Shown one piece after another: positions 24,622 to 37,130 of a DNA stretch of 64,000 bases; positions within the stretch are counted from its first letter, which is position 1, and each line of letters opens with the position of its first letter. Below the pieces are notes generated by a model. That model did no database searches. It worked only from the letters and a program-made list of their open reading frames with translations, and was not told the DNA's origin. Position numbers and translations under genes: made by a program. Origin of the DNA: Takakia lepidozioides (Eukaryota; Plantae; Bryophyta); the NCBI GenBank assembly GCA_030704615.1, contig CM060732.1, forward strand, positions 40,300,001 through 40,364,000, written 5' to 3'.

Positions 24622-24827
24622 GCTAGTGGTAGCCTAGTGATAGACTAGTGGCAGCCTAGTGGTTGGACTAGTGGCTGCACTAATGGTGGCTGGTGGCAGC
24701 CTAGTGGTGGACTAGTGGCTGCACTAGTGGTGGTTGGTGGCAGCCTAGTGGTTGGACTAGTGGCTGCACTAGTGGTGGCTAGTGGCAGCCTAGTGGTGCA
24801 CTAGTTGTGGACTAGTGATAGACTAGT
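24622..24827. repeat. CTAGTGG-based tandem repeat at the start of the LTR
   Basis: Repeated ctagtggtgg/ctagtggctgca/gcagcctagtgg units. Confidence 0.85.
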
Positions 24828-25849
24828 GTTTGGTGTGCACATATGTTGTGTGGTTTTGGACAACGATGTAGTTATGTAGCGATATGTATGCGCACGACAA
24901 AATGGTTCTATATTTTTATGCATTGTCTGGTCCAAAGATAATGTGTAATTGCAACTGGAAGCCAACTTCAATGGACATTAATTACATATCCATCACTAGC
25001 TGACATCCACTTGTAGATAAGATGTTTGATGTGAGCTAGTATTTCTCACAGAAGTTTCAGTGCTCCTACTTCATGAAAGCACGCTCATATTTTTGACAGG
25101 CTGAATTTGCAATAGCGGAGGAGGTTATTGAGGTTATTGAGGAGGCATTGAAGGAGTCACTTCGGATTAGACCAGTGTTGGACCGGTATATGGGGGTGAG
25201 GCGGGGTATCAGCACGGGTAAGGGTATCGCAACAGGGTACCAGACCAGGTGGGTATAAGCAACTGGCAATACCCCGGGCAGAACATATTGGGGGCAATAT
25301 AGTATAACGCTAATACCTGGGTTCCTACCAGACCAGCCTGGTATCGCAAGGAATGCAGCTTTGTTGATACCAATACTATGTCTTCCGCCGTCGCTTACAC
25401 CCTAGGTGTCAATATGTGGCGCGTTAAGGATTTAGGGTGCAGCAATGGAGAGTTGCGGCTCTTTGATTGAGACGATCTGAATGGCGATTTTGGGGGCTCT
25501 GATTTTGCCATTCAAAAATCTGCTTAAGCTGGGAGCATTGTCTCATTTATTAGCCTGTAATATAACTCTTGTTAGGTGACCTCAAATTACCTAAGGTGAG
25601 ATCTGCTCCTTGTTATTATGAATTGTGGCACTCATCCGCAGAGGTGAGCACTTCAGCCGCTGAAGTGCTCACCTCAGCAGTATAATTTGGACAGATTTTT
25701 ATTTTTCAGTTTAAAAATAAAAAATAAAAAAAATAACTATATTGCTACCAGTATTGATATACCCCCAATATAAGATTTGAAATTTGAAATACTGATACCA
25801 TACCATACCAGGCCAAACAAAAACAATATACATACCAGACTAGTACATT

Positions 25850-27303
25850 AAAATGGGTTCGTATTTTTCACGTTTGAACATAATGGATTGGTTAGGATCT
25901 TTGTCATGACAGAAGGTAAATTCAATGATGTGGATAGTGAGGGAGGGGAGTGGACCTGTTGGTGCTGCCGACGAGATGGGGAGTCTTTGGACAAGAAGAA
26001 TATCTGGACATAATCTTGCCAGATAGAGGCATGGGTTTAGCGCATGTACATGGTAGCAACCATGAAGGTATTATGTGGTCCGAACTTGCCCAACTTGGAA
26101 CCATCCAACGTACTACTTACCCCACGACTGACATATTCACCTGGCACACACATATCCATTCTAGCTGACATCCACTGAAGCTAGATTCCCGGACATAGCC
26201 CCCATTCGGGACCTGCATGCATATTTGACAGAAGAAACTATGGATCAAATCCGTGCATCGCCCACCTATCTAAAACCCTAGACATATCCAAATGGGTTAC
26301 GCCACCTCAGCTGCTCCACCATATGTCTAATCACTTCTGGAAATCTCCAATAATCATTGATACCCAAATTAAACAAACGCTCCGATTTCGATACGGACAA
26401 TACATGGGCAATCAACAACGTAATTTATTTTGGCCTCTATTATATCCTAACAAGCACTGCACGTTATGTTATTTCCAACCCCCTCGAGTGGACACATGGC
26501 CGCATCTTCTTCTCTACTGTAAACATCCCATTATCCATGGACTTCACATTACTCGACATAATCAAGGAGTTTGACAACTCCATAAACTTCTTCTCACACA
26601 CCCTAAAACTAGATGGTACAACCTCATTAATGCAGGCATATTTCAAGGTAGGCCACCGAGCTATCTCATTACCCATGATACCTATATGGGATCTGACTTT
26701 GTGGAGATGAATTTGTATTGGGGATGAGTGTACAATATCTATGATGGCCTTAATGAGGTGAAGGTGAGGGTGATGAATTTGGGAGGAGGGTTTAAGGTTT
26801 TGGTTAGAGAGGAGATACAAAGAGTCTAAGTTATCCGTAAAGAGGTAGTAGCTGGTCGAACCAAGATGACATGGTAGTGCTTTCAACGCATCATGTATAG
26901 CCATGAGTTCTGCACGTAAAATATATTGACAACTTGGAAGACGGTTGTATGTTCTTGAGTTGTTTTCGGGAGAGTATGTACCATACCCTGCACATGCATC
27001 TTTTAGGGGGCCATCTGTATATACACATTGGTGGGGAGGGAATTTTAAAGGGGCTAAGTTTGTAAAGTCCGACATTTGTCCGAATGGGTGTTGTTGTTGG
27101 GCTGACCAAGGTGGTCGTGGGGTGGTCATATTCCATGGTTTGTCTTGGTTGATGCAAGGGTAGATGTGGGGCACTTGTTGCAGTTCATAGACTATGGCAG
27201 TAGGGCCAAACAACTGGTTTAGTATTTGCTTTAATTGTGAAAAGAAAGTACATGGTAGATTGTTCGTGACGGTATTGATCATCATGTAGGCCTCATGGCC
27301 CAT
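25850..27303 (-). mobile_element. 3' part of a Dualen-like LINE (RNase H, CCHC knuckle, REL endonuclease) with an internal inversion at ~26080-26655
   Basis: RNase H YTDG..RAELMAI..TDNL..KVRSHIGIMGNE on - (26660-27300); CTLC..HLLLYC..RHN on + (26323-26574); PDILLV..IIEFTFCHD..KREKY on - (25860-26030). Confidence 0.85.
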
Positions 27304-27381
27304 AAATGAAAAGGGGTTAGTTTTTCCCCCTCCTCAAGGGCCTGAATTGTGGGTTGTTGCTCCCAGGTTTTCTTTAAAATA

Positions 27382-27385
<4 letters not shown>

Positions 27386-27447
<62 letters not shown>
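27386..27447. repeat. (TA)n microsatellite
   Basis: About 30 TA units. Confidence 0.95.
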
Positions 27448-27449
<2 letters not shown>

Positions 27450-27862
27450 AATCAATATCCAATCAAAATGAAGTAAACAGTGAATTTTTGCAAAATTTGA
27501 ACATTATTCCCGGTAGTCGTCAGTAGTAGTGCGGAGCAATGCGTAGCCCTAATATAATATAAAAATAAGAATGCCTCTTATATACATGGCCAATTCCATG
27601 GTAGCATGCAAGGGAGACCTGTTGGTACACTTGCCTATCTTGTCCGGTGATAATTAAATAAAAAAACAGGCTGCTGGAATAAATTAACTAATGTTCCTCC
27701 AGTGTCGGATATTCCAAATATCCGATCCCGTATACACATTAGTAATTTGTTATTATCAGTCCTCGGATTTCTCCATTTCGGTTTGCCGTTCAGGCCTTAT
27801 GGCAGCCTACGGGCGTATAAGGGTTTTAATTTTTTTCCCTTCAATAAGTTATATAAAGTTAA

Positions 27863-27969
27863 CCCCTAAACGACGAGGCGACCCCAATCGGGTCGCTTAA
27901 GTCGGGCACCACGTCCACCTCCCTTAGATGTGAGTGGATGGAGGTGGGTCCGAAGATAAAGTGAGGGGG
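27863..27969. mobile_element. Very short TTAA-flanked piggyBac-like element
   Basis: ttaa|cccctaaac...gtgaggggg|ttaa; the left end resembles the element at 51105-51756. Confidence 0.45.
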
Positions 27970-28879
27970 TTAAGGAGAAACACACGTGCGAATTGAAAGC
28001 ACCCTGAAATATTAAAAGCTCTACTCCCTAGAATATTTCAAAGTGCAAATTCAGCGTTGACTTGCCTACGTGGCAGGCCAAATGAGGAATCTCGAAAACA
28101 ACATCTAAGGCTCAGATTTTATCAAAATGCCCAATTTTTTGACAAGGCACTATGTAATGTTAGTGTGCACTTACTTACCAGAGGAATTAGAAAACAAAAA
28201 TCATGTCATGGCTCTACTTGGGTAAGAATCCAAACCATGATAATTTACTCCCCAAATTTCGCATACAAAGCACCCCCCAAATTTTTGGCAGATTCACCTG
28301 AAATTTGGTGTGAGGGTTTGGGATGCAGCACTACACTAGAATATGGCACTTTTTCTCCCAGAAATTTCTTGCAACATTGATTTTTTGCTTGGTCAAACAT
28401 GAAGTTTTGGTTTTCATTTTTTTTATTTTCCAGAAAATGCACTATTTTTAATTGTTATAATCTCCCAAACAAAATGGTGGAATCTCCCCAAATTTGGGGT
28501 GCTTGTGCATCTGGTAGGTAGGTATGTCTTTGTATGGTTCATCCACGTAGATGAACCTGGGGTAGGCAGCTACAGGCTGACGTGTGAGGGTGGGTCCCGG
28601 TTTTGTCCCAAAATCCAAAAACGGATCTCGTCGCAAGGGTTGATATGGGCTTCCTGGGCCCTTTCACCTAAAAAGATAAAATAAAATAAAATAGATATGC
28701 ACTTGGCAAGTCGCTCAAAAATAAATTAAAAAATTAACCAGGAATTGACATCTACTATTGACTTTTATGTACGTTCCCAAAGCCTTTCCAACTCTTGGGA
28801 ACCCAATGTTCCCTGGATGTTACAAGCAAAATTTACATTTACCGCTATTATTTACTTTCAAGGAAGCGAATGACAAATC

Positions 28880-29107
28880 CATCCACGTGGCGTTCCTATA
28901 TTCGACCACTAAGAACCAATAATATGTCACAATATCTGACGTGTCACATACCCATTCGACGTAGACTCGATTTGCACCGTGGCTGGGTGCGGAGGCATGG
29001 ATGGATGGATGGATGGATGGATGTTGACACAATACGTCACTCTCGTCACTCTCGCTTCGACTTTCTCGATCTCTACGAGATCGGCTGACGAGGCTGCTGT
29101 ATATAAG
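28880..29107 (+). promoter_or_regulatory. PDI proximal promoter: G-box, UPRE/ERSE-like motifs, TATA box
   Basis: ccacgtgg at ~28883; tgacgtgt at 28937 overlapping CGTG-N10-ATTCG (one mismatch to the reverse ERSE); tatataag at ~29100. Confidence 0.45.
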
Positions 29108-29338
29108 CTCTCGCTGCAGAGTCCATTCCGGACTTCTGTCACGGGAAATGCTTTCTGCTTCGGTCCCTTTGGATTTCTGTCAAGTCTAACCTTTGGGGTT
29201 GTATTGGCTGTTCTGGATCTCGAATCGGGGCTTTCAAGACACTCCAGAAGGGGGCAGTGTGCCTTGAGGTTACTAGAGAATTAGTTGCTCACAAGACAAA
29301 GTGGTGATCCGCTGATAGCCCCAAACTCGAATCTGGAG

Positions 29339-32300
29339 ATGGATTCCAGATTTGCATTGCTTTTTCTTCTGGTTCTGTTGCCATGGGTAAAGGCGTCAGA
29401 GACTCATGAGGCTGCAAGCGAAGAAGTGACTGCGGCAAGTGTGGAAAGCTCGGTTCTAGTTCTGGATGGGTCGAACTTTACCCAGGCTATCGAGTCCCAC
29501 CCGTTCATCGTCGTCGAGTTCTACGCTCCCTGGTAAGTCTGAGCTCCACTTTTCAAGCAACTTGTTTTGAGATTTGAATTTCTTCACCATGTAGGCTGAT
29601 TTGGTTGAACTGGTGGCTTCATGTTCTGCGTGAAGGCTGTCCGGTTATCATTATCTTCATTTTCTGAGGTGAAAGAGAGAGAACATAACATACGCAACCG
29701 AGAAGAGCGATGTTAGGCTTTTTAAGATTCAAAGGGACACGTTTACAATATTGAAGCAAACAGAGTAGATCGTCTTGGGGGTATTCCCGAGATATGTATG
29801 GAGAAGCGAGTGGTTTGTCGGGGCGAAATGAGCTCGAGCCTCTCCAGACTGTCATGAGCAGCCTACCTCGCAGATCAAAGTCCCACTTTGCATTTGGATG
29901 CTGAGCCCCTCCGAGAGTGCATGAATTGACTAACACGACACTCCAAGTCCCAAAGTCCGATCCTTATTAGCTGCCGATCAGTTCATTGAAATCCTCTAAC
30001 GGCTGCAATCCTGTATCTGTTGACTTACACATCTGGAACCATGTAATCTTGTCTGAAAGAATTCAAATGTTCAGTAAGAATTGCTCAAGCCATCTTGCAT
30101 GTGTTTATACTCACAGGTGTGGACACTGTAAGCGATTGGCTCCCGAGGTTGTCTCTCTGTCCTCGATCTACTCACTGCTCTATTCTGAACTGCATGGATC
30201 TTTTTCTAGTAAAACAGTTGCTCTAAAGCGAAGTCAGCATTTTGGAGAGAGTATGTCTCTTGGTTTTTCTTGTATCGTGTTTGTGTCTTCCACTCTGTGA
30301 ACTCTGTTTTTCCCAGAAGGAGGGAAGGGGTTTCTTAGGAGTGTCTAGCGCATGGGATGGTATTATAGGGGTTTAGTTGTCTGTGCAGGGGTTTTGGGGT
30401 CCTAGGGTTTGGCAGGGCAGATGGCTTGAGTTTAGTAGGAGCATGTGTGATTTAAAAGGAAGTAATTTTATTTTCCCCTTTAAACCCTGACTAGCTCATT
30501 TGCATTTCTCTATCCATATTACAGTATGAGCAAGCAGCTGTGGAGCTCAAGAACCATGTTCCTCCCATCATATTGGCTAAGGTGGATGCCAATGAGGAAA
30601 CAAACAAACCACTGGCAGTCAAGTATGATGTAAAGGGCTTCCCATCCCTAAAGATTTTCAAGAATGGTGGTGACGGGGTGATTGAGTATAAAGGCCCACG
30701 TGAGGCTGCAGGTATTGTGACTTACTTGAAGAGTTTGACCGGCCCCGCCTCTCTGCTCCTCACATCTAGTGAGCAAGTGAGCACATTTATTGTACAAAAG
30801 GAACTTACCGTGGTATGACATCTTTCCCTTTGCAAATGCCACCACTTTCTTTTCCAGAGACCTGTTTGCCCATCCCCCTCTGGTTTGTCTGTCCATCTCT
30901 CTCAAGTCTTTTTCCCTTGAATCATGTCCATGTGAGCATGTAGATCAACCACTAATGGGCTGAACTTATATGCTACAAATGCTGCCAGGAGGATAACAAC
31001 CCTGCAGGTTGTACCTTCCTTAGCCTTGTCGAAGCTTAGTTTCTCGAGGCACCTTTTTGGTGAATTTTAATGATATCATCTCTAGTGTTTTGGTGGACAA
31101 AAGTGCATCTTGGGGAGTCACCAAATGCAAATGGATGATCTGGCCACCCTCTGGATCCTGGCAATTGATTTTCTACCTCTCTTTAGTTAGGTTGTTGGCC
31201 CTATGCCTAGGTGAGACGTAAAGTAGGATCCCAGGATTGTGTGCGTTTGCAACACTCCTTGGGTTTGAACCAGGTCGTATGATGGGGTTGATGGCAGGTG
31301 GGCGTGTTTGAGAGCCTGGACAGCACAGAGTTTGCCAACTTTCTCAGTGTTGCAGAGGAGCTCCGGTCTGACTACCAGTTCACTCACACATTAGAGACCT
31401 CATATATGCCTGAGAACAGTGCCCCTATTTCTGCTCCAGCTGTCCGCCTGTACAAGCCCTTTGACGAGAAGTTCAATGATGCCACTGTGAGTTTGGAGAG
31501 CCATTTTCAATGCTTTTTCAAGTGGTATAATGTTATGGATTGCCCCAATAATTTGTATCAGTTATTGCAGCATAACCGAGAAATTTGGTCATGTACAAGA
31601 CCTTAGCAGACTTGACTAGACTGCTTGACATGCTCTACAATCTCCCATCTGGTTTCTGTGTTTTTGATGGGTTGGTGGTAAATAAGGTGACATGTACTTC
31701 TGCTGTCTATTCCTGCATCGATTTGGGCACTGCAGGACTTTTCAGTGGAGGTATTGAAGGCTTTTTTGGAGGAGAAGAGCTCACCACTCGTGACTGAGTT
31801 GACCAAAGATCCCAGTCCCGGCATTTTTCTTACAAAATTCTTCAACAGTAATGCCACGAAGGTATGTTGAGCACATATATGCTGTAAATAATTTGGTTCC
31901 TGACATCTCTGTTGTGTTTTTTTAAACTAGAATCTTGTGTTGAGATAGACGCAGGGCTGGAATTAATATCATGCTTTCTGGTATGATTACAATGCCAGCC
32001 CTTGAATGAATGTTCCAACTTATGTGACTGGATTGTCATTACAATGTTGAGCGGAGTTTCAGACACATTTAGGTTAAACTCTGCACTTCCAGCTCTGGAT
32101 TGTGATGAGGCCCTCAAGGTCATGTCATAGCCAGCATTTGTAAGCCAGGTCAATCCATGTGTACGTCATTGAATGGTCTCTGGTTGTTCCTTGGAAGCAG
32201 GTGTTTTCCTTTCTTGACCTCAAAGCAGAGGGAGTAGATGCATACAGGAACGCGTATACTGAGCTGGCCAAGTCGGTCCAGGATAAAGGCATCAAGTTCC

Positions 32301-34512
32301 TGATCGTCGATGCTGTAGAGCATGAGAATGCACTGAAGGTGGTCCTCAACCTCAGTCTATTTTATGCCATATTGGTAGGGTAAGAGTCTGTAATTCACTC
32401 GGTATTGTGGTCAGGTGATGGAATTTACACACTCATGATGCCTTTTTTTCCCCTCAGTCGTATGACCAGTCTGGTATCTTTATCAAAAGCTGTAGTGATC
32501 TACAATACCTTTGACTTCTTAATATAAATGAATGTGCTCCTTACATAGAACCAGATGTTGTAATTTGCATGCATAGAACCAAAGGTACTGGCTTTCCTTG
32601 TACATGTATGAAAATAATGTTTCTATAGTATATCTAACTCAATTGGTGTTAACTTTTCTTCGTTACTTGCAGTTTTATGGTATCAATGCCGATGGGTTGC
32701 CAGCAATTGTAGTTCAAGTAGATGACCGTGAGAAGTTTTTGGGCCTGAATGTAGAAGCTGCACAGCTGGCACCTTGGCTTCAGGATGTTTTGGTGAGCCC
32801 TTTCCCCCTTACACACGTAGGCGTTCCCCACACTATCCACTCACCCCTTCCTGTCAATTAGAACCCCATTACAGGGCTGGAAGGGTTAACCCTATACAGG
32901 CTAACTAATCATGACAATAGCCAACATTCATGCAGATTTTTTATTGAGTACATCAAAACCAATGCATCCAACCCTTGCATGGTGAGTCATTCCATAATTA
33001 TATAAGGATATACTAAGAAACTAGCAACCTTGAGTCTGTCTTTTTTCATGAGTACATCGCTCTCTCTCTTTATTCTTATCTTCTTGTTCGCAGTCAGCAG
33101 TGAGAAATGTAAACTGTCTTTAGTGGGGCTCATCTCTAGTAACTCAGTAAGATTAGCGTTTTTCCAGGAAGGAAGTAACATTCCTTCAAATGCAGGATGG
33201 AAAGTTGGAGCGACATGTAAAGTCCGAGGAGATCCCTGCAACCAATGACGAACCAGTGAAGGTCGTGGTGAGAAAATCTCTTCAGGAGATGGTGTTGGAT
33301 TCTGGGAAGACCGGTATGTTTGCTACTAATACTTTGCAAGCATTCTTCATCACATAGATCTACTGTTCCTTGCGATGTCAGATGTCTCCCCATAGTGGGT
33401 ATTAGTCCTGGCACTGTCTTTCTCCAGTTGATCTCCAGGTGTTGCAGACTTCACCGCTCTGTTATTCCTAGTTTTCGTGTAATGGAACTTGACAGGATCT
33501 CCCCAGTGCTTGGTACCATGGATATTTCTCTACTCGTTCCTTACTGTATGGTTCTGTAAGAATTAAGACACCTATCTGGTCAGTAGGGAAGCACCGCAGT
33601 CATTTTGTCTGGCTTGCGACCTCAAAACCAACTCGTTGTGCTAATGTACACGATTGATGTTTAAGAAGGTTCTGTTACTATTGTTATGTGATGGAAATGC
33701 AGTGCTGCTAGAGTTCTATGCTCCAGAGTGTGGCCACTGCAAGAAGTTAGCACCCACTTTGGATGAGGTTGCGACTACCTTCGAGGCAAACTCGGATGTC
33801 CTCATTGCCAAATTTGTATGTGATTCTATCTCCCCACATCTACCATTGCTTTGGCCTTTATAGCTATTTACACAGAAACAATGACAAAGGGATGATCCAA
33901 CTGACTGAATGTTCCGTGAAATACAAAGTGCAACATGAATACTGTCCTCTTTTTCTGTAGTCCAGTTTTCCGAGAGTGGGGAGATCAGACTTTCCTAAGA
34001 GTCACTGCAGTTGAAAAGGAAAAAAGCCCGAAAAGAGACCAAATACTGAAATATAAACTCACAGTGGGAAGCCTACCTTTGAAAAATAAACAGATGCAGA
34101 GAGGAAGAGGAGATTGTGATTGCCTGATGTTCAGACAACCTCAAGACAATGCCCATTTTCTGATACATTGCCCAGGATATTCTCTCCAGATAGTGACCCT
34201 CTCAGGATCATTAAGAGCATCGTCCCGGCACCGGCACCTCTGTTCACCAACTTTCGAAGTCTTGAAGCTGAGCCTAAAGCCCTGATCCTGTTGGGGTCTA
34301 ACTTTGGGCTGCTTACACACAGCAGATTGATGCTTGTGTGAAGGGCTTTCTAGAAGATATCTGAAAAGCCCGAACTAATTGTTTATACCAAGGTAAGTCA
34401 CACTACCATAGTGGGTCCCTCACCAAGGTAGTTTCTGGTCCCTTTTCGCCCACACTGGGCGTGGGGTCTATGGCCACAAGGCTACGACAAACACATCTAA
34501 TGAGTACACACA

Positions 34513-34566
<54 letters not shown>

Positions 34567-34896
34567 CTGCCCGAACTGGGTGCGGGGTGCCACAAGGCTA
34601 CGCCAAACGACTCATGAGTACAATCTCTTTCTGTCTCCGTCATTCTCTCCCAGCCCATACTAAACGTTTGTGTATGGTTTTGTACTTATGTATAGGACGT
34701 GACGGCCAATGATCTTCCAGAAGGCTTGTTTGAAGTGGTAGGGTTCCCTACCCTATACGCGTATACATCATCTGGCATCTCGGTGCCATATGCCGGCGAC
34801 CGCAGCAAAGAGGATCTTATCGAGTTTGTGAACAAGCACAGAGACACCTCCATCACTACTGGGGTGGCCTCTGATACAGCCAAAGACGAGCTTTAA
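29339..34896 (+). CDS. PDI: ER protein disulfide isomerase, classical a-b-b'-a' type (PDIL1-like), 505 aa, 10 exons
   Basis: Exons 29339-29532, 30117-30147, 30525-30812, 31298-31486, 31736-31861, 32201-32338, 32673-32792, 33196-33313, 33703-33815 and 34696-34896 sum to 1518 nt in frame, all GT-AG. Signal peptide, APWCGHC and APECGHC sites, C-terminal KDEL. Confidence 0.95.
34045..34630 (+). mobile_element. 5'-truncated LINE 3' end (RTEX-like) in the last PDI intron, with a (CT)n tract and a duplicated tail
   Basis: Homologous to 40080-40550 ([18 protein letters not shown]); the tail ccacaaggctacg..atgagtaca occurs twice around (CT)n at 34515-34562. Confidence 0.8.
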
Positions 34897-35159
34897 ATGT
34901 AATGTTATTCTTGAGTCAATTTCTGCAAATGTGGACGGAATTGAATCTCCATTGGTTGTAGTTAGCTGCCAAGCAATGCACAATTTGGAAGCTTCAGAGA
35001 GGCTTCGATGAGTTGAGCTCCTTGTAAACTGTCTTTTTGTGGATGATTTTGTAACTCCTGTGCTGGAAGCCTACTGAGCAAAATGCTGGATACAATGAAA
35101 AGTATCTTGATTCAAACTCCTTGGAGTGTGAACTTCATAATGTCAGAAACAGCCATGGA

Positions 35160-36540
35160 TTGGAGATTGTGATGCTATCCTTGAAAAAAACATCAAGAAC
35201 AAAAAATGGAGTGGCTAAAGTGGAGTCTTAATGTCTAAAACTTTGGTATTAAGGGGGAAAAAGTTTCGGCTTTCAGTAAAGAAAATGGAAAATCAAAAAC
35301 CTTAGCAAATGACTGGTACAATAAAGTTCTTCCCTCAGAAGTTCTTCCCGCATTCTTCCCTCAAAAAAGCAAAGCTCAAAACCTGGCTTTCTCCACTGAT
35401 GCAGCAAGATTCCATTGTCCTATTACAAGAACACAAGTTAGATTTGGCCAAAATAGCAGCCCTGGTGACCAACTCTGGCCTTCCTCATCTAACTTTTGGA
35501 AGCCAACTGTGGAAGGTTCGCGTAGTGGAACAGCAATCCTGACAGGCCCCTCGCTGGTGACTCTGGTCCAGAAAGAGGAGGTTTGGTTCCAGGGTTGGGA
35601 GACTTTAACATGGTTGAACAATCGCAAGACAGGCTCGGAAATGCCGCCGCTGGTCTAGGGGCCAGTGAATCATCATCTTGGCAAAGGATCAGGAATAATT
35701 TTTCTTTGTCTGAAGCATCCAGAGTAAGGCCTGCAGCCATATTTTACGTGGACGAACAACAGATCTGATAGACTGTATCTGTCTCCAGGGATCTCCCCAT
35801 GGGCATCTATGCGGCCTCAAGAACCCATTTACCCATGCCAGTATCTCTTGCAAGATAAATGTCCCAAACTTGCCAAAGAGAGGCAAAGGCTGGTTTAAAT
35901 TGGACACCTCTCTTCTTCCCTTTCCGGCCTTCAAAAGTGCTCTGGAAGCTGCCTGGAAATGAGCTGGTAATGACCTATCCTGCCCAATTGCAAGGTTTCA
36001 GGAAAAACTTTCTCAGACAGCAAACAAAGCTCAATCTCTCAGCAAAGAAATTGCTGCTCAGAAGCAGCAGAAATTCGTGGCTCTCAAGAACTGTCTAGGA
36101 ACCTGTCAAAGACTTTTGGAATTAGGGAAAATGGATCCGCAATCCTTCCAAACATACCAGCCAAACCTCCAGGCATTTGCTACATTACATGAGCAAAAGT
36201 TGAAGCTCCAGGCTGGTATCAACTGGGCAACAAAAGGCGAAAAAATACTTTTTTCGAGAAGGTCTAGGTTAGGAGGACATCCCAAGTAATCACTGAGCTG
36301 CAGGACTCGGATGCAAAAGACATGGTTGCTGCAGCACACTCACACTTTGAAGCTCTTTTCAAAAAGAGACCAAGCTCTCCAAGTATACCTGTGCGAGCTT
36401 GCCTTAGCCAAAGGGCCTTGTAAAATTCTACTGGCATCCCGGCAAAGCCCGGGGATTTTCGATTAGACATCTGGTCCAATGCTTTGGAGAGCTCTGTTTG
36501 CGTGAATTCCCCGTCCAAAGAGGCTGCATTGGAATGAACC
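35160..36540. mobile_element. L1-type LINE remnant: APE endonuclease on +, RT N-terminus inverted on -
   Basis: VLLQEHKL and LGDFNMVE on +; ELSKALDQMSNRKSPG..PVEFYKALW on - (~36400-36518). Confidence 0.7.
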
Positions 36541-36802
36541 AGTTTAGCTTTGCTTGTAACACAATTTTAAGTAACTCCGGACTTTTGGCTTAAATCCGGA
36601 CCAAACTTTAATATATAACATAATTAAAATTAATTCAGGTATTAATAATAATATCGTGGAGTATTGAGTCATTTAACTTGTAAAGTTGACAATCCCATTC
36701 ATGTAACATCGAATGGTAAGTCGAATGACATACTTTGCATCAGAAAATTATAAATATAAGATCGATTGAGTGAAGTTATTAATAAATTGATAGATGTATG
36801 AA

Positions 36803-37130
36803 CTACCCTATACGTGTATGCATCATCTGGCATCTAGGTGCCAAATGCCGGCGACCGCAGCAAAGAGGATCTTATTGAGTTTGTGAACAAGCACAGAGAC
36901 ACCTCCATCACTACTGGGGGTGGCCTCTGATACAGCCAAAGACGAGCTTTAAATGTAATGTTATTCTTGAGTCAATCCTCTGCAAATGTGGATGGAATTT
37001 AATCTCCCTGGGTTGTAGTTAGCTGCCAAGCAATGCACAATTTTGGAAGCTTCGGAGAGGCTTCCATGAGTTGAGCTCCTTTTAAACTGTCTTGTGGATG
37101 ATTTGCTGGAAGCCTACTGAGCAAAATGCT
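36803..37130 (+). pseudogene. Local duplicate of the PDI last-exon end and 3' UTR
   Basis: Near-identical to 34748-35088 (ctaccctatacg...gagcaaaatgct), with a premature TAG and an extra G. Confidence 0.9.

Larger units (their letters stand above)
20760..24830 (+). mobile_element. Degenerate Ty3/gypsy LTR retrotransposon: C5-MTase remnant, RT, RNase H, integrase, PHD finger, PPT, 3' LTR start
   Basis: RMCGDYRPVN; GFKNAPAEFQR; KCKFF..IEYLGH; TDWS..GAVL..YEGECLAAVW..TDHQPLKWL; WSLDFAGP..VEHFSKWIE; PHD at 24229-24363; purine tract agggggg at 24603-24609 followed by TG at 24614. Confidence 0.9.

Noticed and set aside
25200-25845. ATACC/GGTAT-rich stretch as a hAT-like MITE
   Set aside because: TIR pair and TSD could not be defined.
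27974-28668. Possible Kolobok-like non-autonomous element (ttaa|ggagaaa ... tttcacc|taaa)
   Set aside because: Only a 6/7-bp terminal match and an imperfect TSD.
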